DNA of 64,000 bases. Origin: an uncultured Nitrospiraceae bacterium. GTDB taxonomy: Bacteria > Nitrospirota > Thermodesulfovibrionia > Thermodesulfovibrionales > SM23-35. The stretch covers positions 256,001 to 320,000 of the forward strand of contig CAVSHB010000002.1 of assembly GCA_963727775.1 (NCBI GenBank), written 5' to 3'. Positions within the stretch are counted from its first letter, which is position 1. Each line of letters starts with the position of its first letter. The translations under genes were made by a program, and so were the position numbers. The notes under the pieces are model-generated. The model was given only the letters and a program-made list of their open reading frames with translations. It was not told the origin of the DNA and did not search any database. Positions 60,555 through 64,000 of the stretch are shown here, piece after piece.

Positions 60555-61847
60555 ATGGAGCAGCAGCTGCAGATGGCTGAAAAGGTCAGCGACAAAGCCG
60601 AGATATACTCAGTGGAAAGCATGGCGGATAATGTCTCATTCGAAAACGCGGCTTTAAAAGATATAGACAGCAGTATACAATCCGGGATCAGCCTGAGGAT
60701 CATAAAAAACGGCACTCTGGGGTTTGCATATATAAAAAATCTCATCAACAGGGAGAATCTTATACAGAACGCCCTTGATTCACTTAAGGGAGGAGTTGAT
60801 GGATTATTCGAATTTCCGGAAACAAAGGAACTGCCTTCACTTAATACTTACGACCCATCAATAGAGGGCCTGTCAAACTCGGCAATAGTTGAAGAATGCG
60901 TTAGAATTTGCGGGCTTCTGTCTCAGAAAACCAAAGGCCAATTAAACGTGTCGGCCCGGCGCTCAATAAGCGGCATAAGGATTATGAACAGTTCCGGCAC
61001 GGATGTTTCCCTGAAGTCTTCCGCGTATGTCCTGGATGTGCAGATACTTTATCCTTATTCTTATGCCTCCTTGCATCGTCCCCTTATATCTAAAGCATTC
61101 GAAAAGGCCCCTGTTGAATATCTGGATTATCTTGCGGATACATATAATCAGTCTGTTAAGGAATTGGTCCCTGAAGGGAAAAAGATGAAGGTCCTGTTTT
61201 TGCCTGAAACAGTATATCTTTTGATGTGGAGAGTCCAGACGGCAACGAGCGGTCAGAGTATTTACCAAAATATTTCTCCTGTAGCAAATAAAGCCGGTGA
61301 AAAAATATTCGATGACAAGCTCTCTGTATTTGATGAGCCATTAGATGACTCTCTCCCCGGTGCGAGGGCATTTGACGATGAAGGGACCCCGTGCAACCCG
61401 TTTACGGTAATTGAAAAGGGCGTGCTGAAAAACTTTTATCACGACCTTTACTTTGCCCAAAAACTGAAGGCATTGCCGACAGGGCACGGGTTCAAAGGCT
61501 CGATATCTTCAAAGCCTGTCCCGTCGCTCCATCACCTTTCAATATCACCCGGCAATGTGCCATTTTCTGATCTCCTGCATTCCATTGATAGAGGGATAAT
61601 CGTTGCGGGTGCTCTGGGAGCGCACAGCGGCAACATCCCGAACGGAGATTTTTCAATCGGGGTCTCTCCCGGGCTCTATGTCGAAGAAGGTAATATCATC
61701 GGGCATGTGAAAGACGCGATGGTTGCCGGGAATATATATGAAGTATTGAGAAATATCTGCGGGATAGAAGATACGAGCTACCCGAGTTTCGGAGGCAATT
61801 TCCCTTCTTTGTTATTTGACAATATTCCTGTGACGGTAAAACAATAG
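60555..61847 (+). CDS. pmbA: PmbA/TldE protein
   Basis: FDDEG, GDFS, AGN; no HExxH; follows tldD. Confidence 0.9.
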   Translation: MEQQLQMAEKVSDKAEIYSVESMADNVSFENAALKDIDSSIQSGISLRIIKNGTLGFAYIKNLINRENLIQNALDSLKGGVDGLFEFPETKELPSLNTYDPSIEGLSNSAIVEECVRICGLLSQKTKGQLNVSARRSISGIRIMNSSGTDVSLKSSAYVLDVQILYPYSYASLHRPLISKAFEKAPVEYLDYLADTYNQSVKELVPEGKKMKVLFLPETVYLLMWRVQTATSGQSIYQNISPVANKAGEKIFDDKLSVFDEPLDDSLPGARAFDDEGTPCNPFTVIEKGVLKNFYHDLYFAQKLKALPTGHGFKGSISSKPVPSLHHLSISPGNVPFSDLLHSIDRGIIVAGALGAHSGNIPNGDFSIGVSPGLYVEEGNIIGHVKDAMVAGNIYEVLRNICGIEDTSYPSFGGNFPSLLFDNIPVTVKQ

Positions 61848-61869
61848 AATTCAGGAACGAAGCCTTTTA

Positions 61870-62409
61870 TTAAATTTCATTTATCGTCAGCATCTGCCGG
61901 AGCTCTTCAATCAAGCCGACCTGCCCCTGATTGATTTTCTTTTTTGCCTCTGCGACCTCAAACCATGCGGCTTTATCTACTTCGGGAAATTCCTGCTGCC
62001 TGCCCGACCCGGCAGGCCATTCCATCGCAAAGGTATTACTTCTGACAGCCATTGGATCGCAATTTCCTTCGGCAGCCCATGCCTGTATCAATTTCCCGCT
62101 TTTCATCTTCGCGGGGGTAAGTTGAATAAGATGTCCGGAGACCTTAAACCCTGTTTCTTCCTTGAACTCACGCAATGCGGCTTCCAGAGGATCTTCGCCC
62201 GGATCAATTAACCCTTTCGGAATAGACCATGCGCCGATATCTTTATTGACCCAAAAAGGTCCGCCCGGATGGACCAGCAAAACCTGAATAGCTCCGGCAT
62301 GATAGCGATACATGAATATCCCCGCGCTGATCTTCGATATCGCTTTGTTGTTTTTCAATTTTTTTGAAATAGGTGAGGTCAACGGGAATTTTTGCAGAAG
62401 GTGATTCAT
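61870..62409 (-). CDS. NUDIX hydrolase
   Basis: HPGGPFW, PKG...[16 protein letters not shown]; true start probably downstream. Confidence 0.92.
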   Translation of the reverse strand: MNHLLQKFPLTSPISKKLKNNKAISKISAGIFMYRYHAGAIQVLLVHPGGPFWVNKDIGAWSIPKGLIDPGEDPLEAALREFKEETGFKVSGHLIQLTPAKMKSGKLIQAWAAEGNCDPMAVRSNTFAMEWPAGSGRQQEFPEVDKAAWFEVAEAKKKINQGQVGLIEELRQMLTINEI

Positions 62410-62808
62410 TTAATTAAGTTCATCTTTGAGCTTTTTACATTCCAACGGGTCGATATCACAAAAACCTATTTCATCGGCTTCATCACATGTGTCGCATATT
62501 TCCCAGTGTTCGCAGTGGATATCATTCATTAAAGGCCTGCCGCATTCTGAACACCATAAATATCCGCACTTCATGCAAAGCCCCACTGTGAAATCCTCTA
62601 TGCCGTCTACACTGTCGCAGTCTTTTGTGTTAGTGCTGCCGCATTTCGGGCAATCGCCTATCATCACTTCTGCAATAAATTGTTCTTCGGAGATTGCCGA
62701 GGATTCCTCTATGGCCTTTTGTAAGGCTTCCTGTACATCTTTGGGCAAAGAATTCCATACTTCCCAAAAACTGTCTTTATCTTCCATCCGCCCCTCTTCT
62801 TCTTGCAT
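62410..62808 (-). CDS. Cys-rich acidic hypothetical protein
   Basis: Multiple CxxC pairs. Confidence 0.75.
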   Translation of the reverse strand: MQEEEGRMEDKDSFWEVWNSLPKDVQEALQKAIEESSAISEEQFIAEVMIGDCPKCGSTNTKDCDSVDGIEDFTVGLCMKCGYLWCSECGRPLMNDIHCEHWEICDTCDEADEIGFCDIDPLECKKLKDELN

Positions 62809-62984
62809 AACTTATATCTATATTAATTATATCTTGAAATCTAAAAAGATTTCAGCAGATTTCGTATCCTTAACCCGAAAAATGCAGATATTGTTCAAAA
62901 AATTATTTAACTCGATGAATTTATCGAGAATATCGTTATGCTGGTAGTCATAAAAGATTCCTGGGGTCATTTGTTAAAGGTACA

Positions 62985-64000
62985 CTAAGTGCCCTGCTTC
63001 ATAAATTCGGTCACGTATTTCCCAGAGCTATGCGGCTAATGGAAAATGTACTATTGTAACCCTGCTTATCTTTTTGAGCAATTTGCCAAGATCCTGTCTT
63101 GTAAACTTCCACTCGAACGGCGTGGCGATTTTTTCATAATATTGTTCGAAGGAAATCAATCGGTTTTCAAGGGCCGAAAGCGAAGGGAAGGCATTAGGGG
63201 TCAGGGCTTTCCTTTGCAGGATCGAAAAATAGATTTCGATCTGATTCAGCCAGCTGGCATGAACTGGCCCATGAACAAGCTCCAGATTCGGATGCCTTTC
63301 CTTCAGTCGTGCGACCGACTTTACGCCGCGATGTGAGGAACCGTTGTCGACAATCCAGAAAACCCGTCTGGCTTCGTTATAGGGCGATTGTGCCATAACC
63401 TGCATCACTAATCGGTCGAATGGTGCAATCCCACTTTTTCTCTCGCAGCGTCCGAAAACTTTTGCCCGGTGAACATCGAGTGCAGCGATATATGCCCACG
63501 CACCGCATCGTTTGTACTCATGTTCCACCCTCATGGATGCACCTTGCGCTGGTGGCAGTGTTGGATGACGCCGAGATCGGGCCTGAATGCTTGTCTTCTC
63601 ATCAGCCGATAGGACAAATTCGTCGTCTTTTAGGCATTTTTTATTCCAAACCCTCTCGTAAAGGTCGAGAATACGACCAGCTTTCGCAGTAAATTCAGGA
63701 TCACGAGGAAAAATCCAGCAACGATGCTGCCACGGACGGATAGCATCTTCATTGAGCCAACGCCATACTGTGCAATCACTGATAGTAGAGACTAGTCCAG
63801 TCCGACGAGCCTCGCGAGTAATATCCGCTACACTGAATCGTGAGAGTGGGAGATTGTGTGTAGCAGGCAATTCGCAGGCCAGTGCCTTAATGCTCATGAC
63901 CAGCTCTGGGGGAAAAAGCCCGAGGCCGACCCGAGCGAGGGCGTTCTTCAATACCGTGCAACCGTTCTTCAAAAAAACGTTTTCTCCACATGCTGACAAC
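62985..64000 (-). mobile_element. IS630-family element (5' part outside window)
   Basis: ORF 63028..63999 with DEK, DN, SWLNQIE; element end approximate. Confidence 0.9.

Noticed and set aside
61848..61868. TTCAGGAACGAAGC as a further repeat copy (likewise ~2654)
   Set aside because: Matches only the right-hand motif; core and -10 are absent

Overview
Mobile-element-rich bacterial window, about 18 kb (roughly 28%) insertion elements; gene content suggests an anaerobic deltaproteobacterium-like host (inference). The left half (to 33621) looks like a genomic island ending at a duplicated 3' half of tRNA-Thr(CGT). Within it, 8.7-30.9 kb is an array of unrelated, mostly single-gene units separated by 16 copies of a conserved ~65-70 bp site: TTWCCGGTTGT-ACTNNRC-ACAATTATATCAGGTTTC-N12-TTCAGGAAGGAAGCTTGC. 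The site combines a GTTGT-N7-ACAAT inverted core resembling a tyrosine-recombinase site with a TGnTATAAT extended -10 facing the next gene; it is not attC, dif or CRISPR. One copy is interrupted by an IS110 element whose putative 3' bridge RNA has guides matching the repeat; a second IS110 shares the scaffold with guides matching its own target. Also present: a two-tyrosine-recombinase element with perfect 17-bp terminal inverted repeats (split by IS21), two IS1380, two IS1182, IS607/TnpB, IS630, a group II intron remnant, a UxxC selenoprotein with SECIS, structured ~140-bp repeats, three TA-like modules and housekeeping genes in the right half. All alignments were done by eye; no databases were searched.
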